NCBI GenBank assembly: GCA_002245135.1
Contig: NGBS01000586.1
Location: 248,001-312,000, forward strand
Origin: Proteromonas lacertae
Taxonomy: Eukaryota
DNA: 64,000 nt
Direction: 5' to 3'
Positions 62,848 through 64,000 of the stretch are shown one piece after another. Made by a program: the position numbers and the translations under genes. The notes beneath the pieces are model-generated. The model worked only from the letters and a program-made list of their open reading frames with translations, had not been told where the DNA came from and ran no database searches. Numbering within the stretch: position 1 is the first letter of the stretch; each line of letters starts with the position of its first letter.

Positions 62848-64000
62848 ATGTCATTAAAACAAGAAAATGTTGCATTAGGCATTGATTTTGGCACTACAAA
62901 TTCTGTCATAGCTATATGGGATTTAAAGTCAAATGAAACTAGAGTATTAAGCAATAAAATAGGTCAATTTTCAACAAAATCGTTAGTAGGATTCAAAGTA
63001 TATATCAGTACTAATTATTTTATTAGAGTAAAAATGAAATTTTGATAGGAGAATCAGCACTATCTCTTCAAATAGAAAAACCTGAATGTGTTGTTTCAAA
63101 TATAAAATCAATATTAGGAATATCCTTAGAAGAAGCAGAAAATCTAAAATCAACTGTGCCATACACAATTAATACAGCTGATGACGAAATATCTATAGAC
63201 ATAAAATACGCTGAAGGTGATTGTTTTGAACAGATGACACCAGAATATATAGCTAGTTTAATTCTATTACATTTACTAGAATGTGCTGAGTCAGAATTAC
63301 ATATAAAAATTACCAATATTATTCTAACATGTCCTGCTTATTTCAATGTAAATCAAAGACACTCTCTCATGATAGCAGCTGAAATGGCAAATATGAAAGT
63401 AATGAAGTTAATTAATGAACCAACTGCTGCTTCTCTGTCATTTGGTTTTAATTATTCAGCAGATGTATATGAGAATAATAATATTCTAATATTTGACTAT
63501 GGAGGTGGTACATTAGATATATCTATATTAAATATAACAAATAGAAATGGAAAAAGTGAATATAAAGTATTGAATGTTAGTGGAAATACAACTCATGGTG
63601 GAAATGAAATTACATTATTATTAGCCAATTATATTAAAGATAAGATATTTAAAGAAACAAATATTCGTTTAATATTTTCAAATCCATTTATTTTATCAAG
63701 AATGATCAATATTGCAGAAGAAATAAAGATTGAATTATCTGAGAATGAAAGTGTTACAAAAACGTTAAATCCATTAGAAAACATGAAGAAATCATATAAA
63801 ATAACAATTACAAGAGATGAATTTAATAATTTAATAGAAAAAATAATACAGGAGTATATTTTATTATTCTATTATTGTTTAAAAATTAGATGCGTTTCAT
63901 TAGTTGATAAAACGATGAAAGATATTGATTTTTTTCCTAATAATATAAAAGATGTATAGTTATTATTTATATATATATTTAATATTTAGATTATAATGAT
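62848..64000 (+). CDS. Divergent Hsp70-family protein (partial, runs off window)
   Basis: LGIDFGTTNS, TCPAYFN, INEPTAAS, IFDYGGGTLDISIL, AEEIKIELS. Confidence 0.9.

Noticed and set aside
2368..63316. Many short antisense or alternate-frame ORFs (e.g. 2368-2643, 34877-35383, 42895-43233, 58088-58507, 61491-61676)
   Set aside because: Shadows of real genes on the other strand or frame, with low-complexity translations.
1..64000. Stop codons created by polyadenylation (Blastocystis phenomenon)
   Set aside because: Every complete gene I could reconstruct has an encoded in-frame stop.
1..64000. Alternative genetic code or stop-codon reassignment
   Set aside because: Long conserved ORFs translate in the standard code; apparent internal stops are explained by introns or indels. 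The TAG at ~4641 is in a degraded copy.

Overview
Very AT-rich, gene-dense eukaryotic DNA with many very short (~26-40 nt) GT-AG introns. Intron size and gene content suggest an anaerobic gut stramenopile of the Blastocystis/Proteromonas group (inference, not verified). Recognisable genes: HscB/Jac1 (two copies), tRNA-Gly(GCC) (two copies), DNAAF1/ODA7, RPB5, a YeeE/YedE sulfur transporter, a DUSP-domain protein, a full-size PDR/ABCG transporter, a GT61-type glycosyltransferase, a TBC Rab-GAP, WDR19/IFT144, an ASH2-like SPRY protein, RPS8, ATIC/PurH, two SSX2IP/ADIP-like tandem paralogs, four paralogous single-pass surface proteins, a PX-PDZ protein, a LamG-domain protein and a partial Hsp70. 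The standout is a ~12 kb gene (22465-34461) encoding a ~3,900-aa class C-type GPCR whose ectodomain is nine tandem Venus-flytrap domains resembling bacterial UrtA/AmiC urea/amide-binding proteins. Also notable: a dispersed, differently deleted pseudokinase-LRR family (3 copies), a ~1.38 kb inverted duplication enclosing one copy, mosaic paralogs with blocks of perfect identity, a likely U12-type intron in WDR19, and two recurring promoter motifs. Several 1-bp frameshifts, mostly in homopolymers, look like assembly errors. Exon boundaries were read by eye and are approximate.
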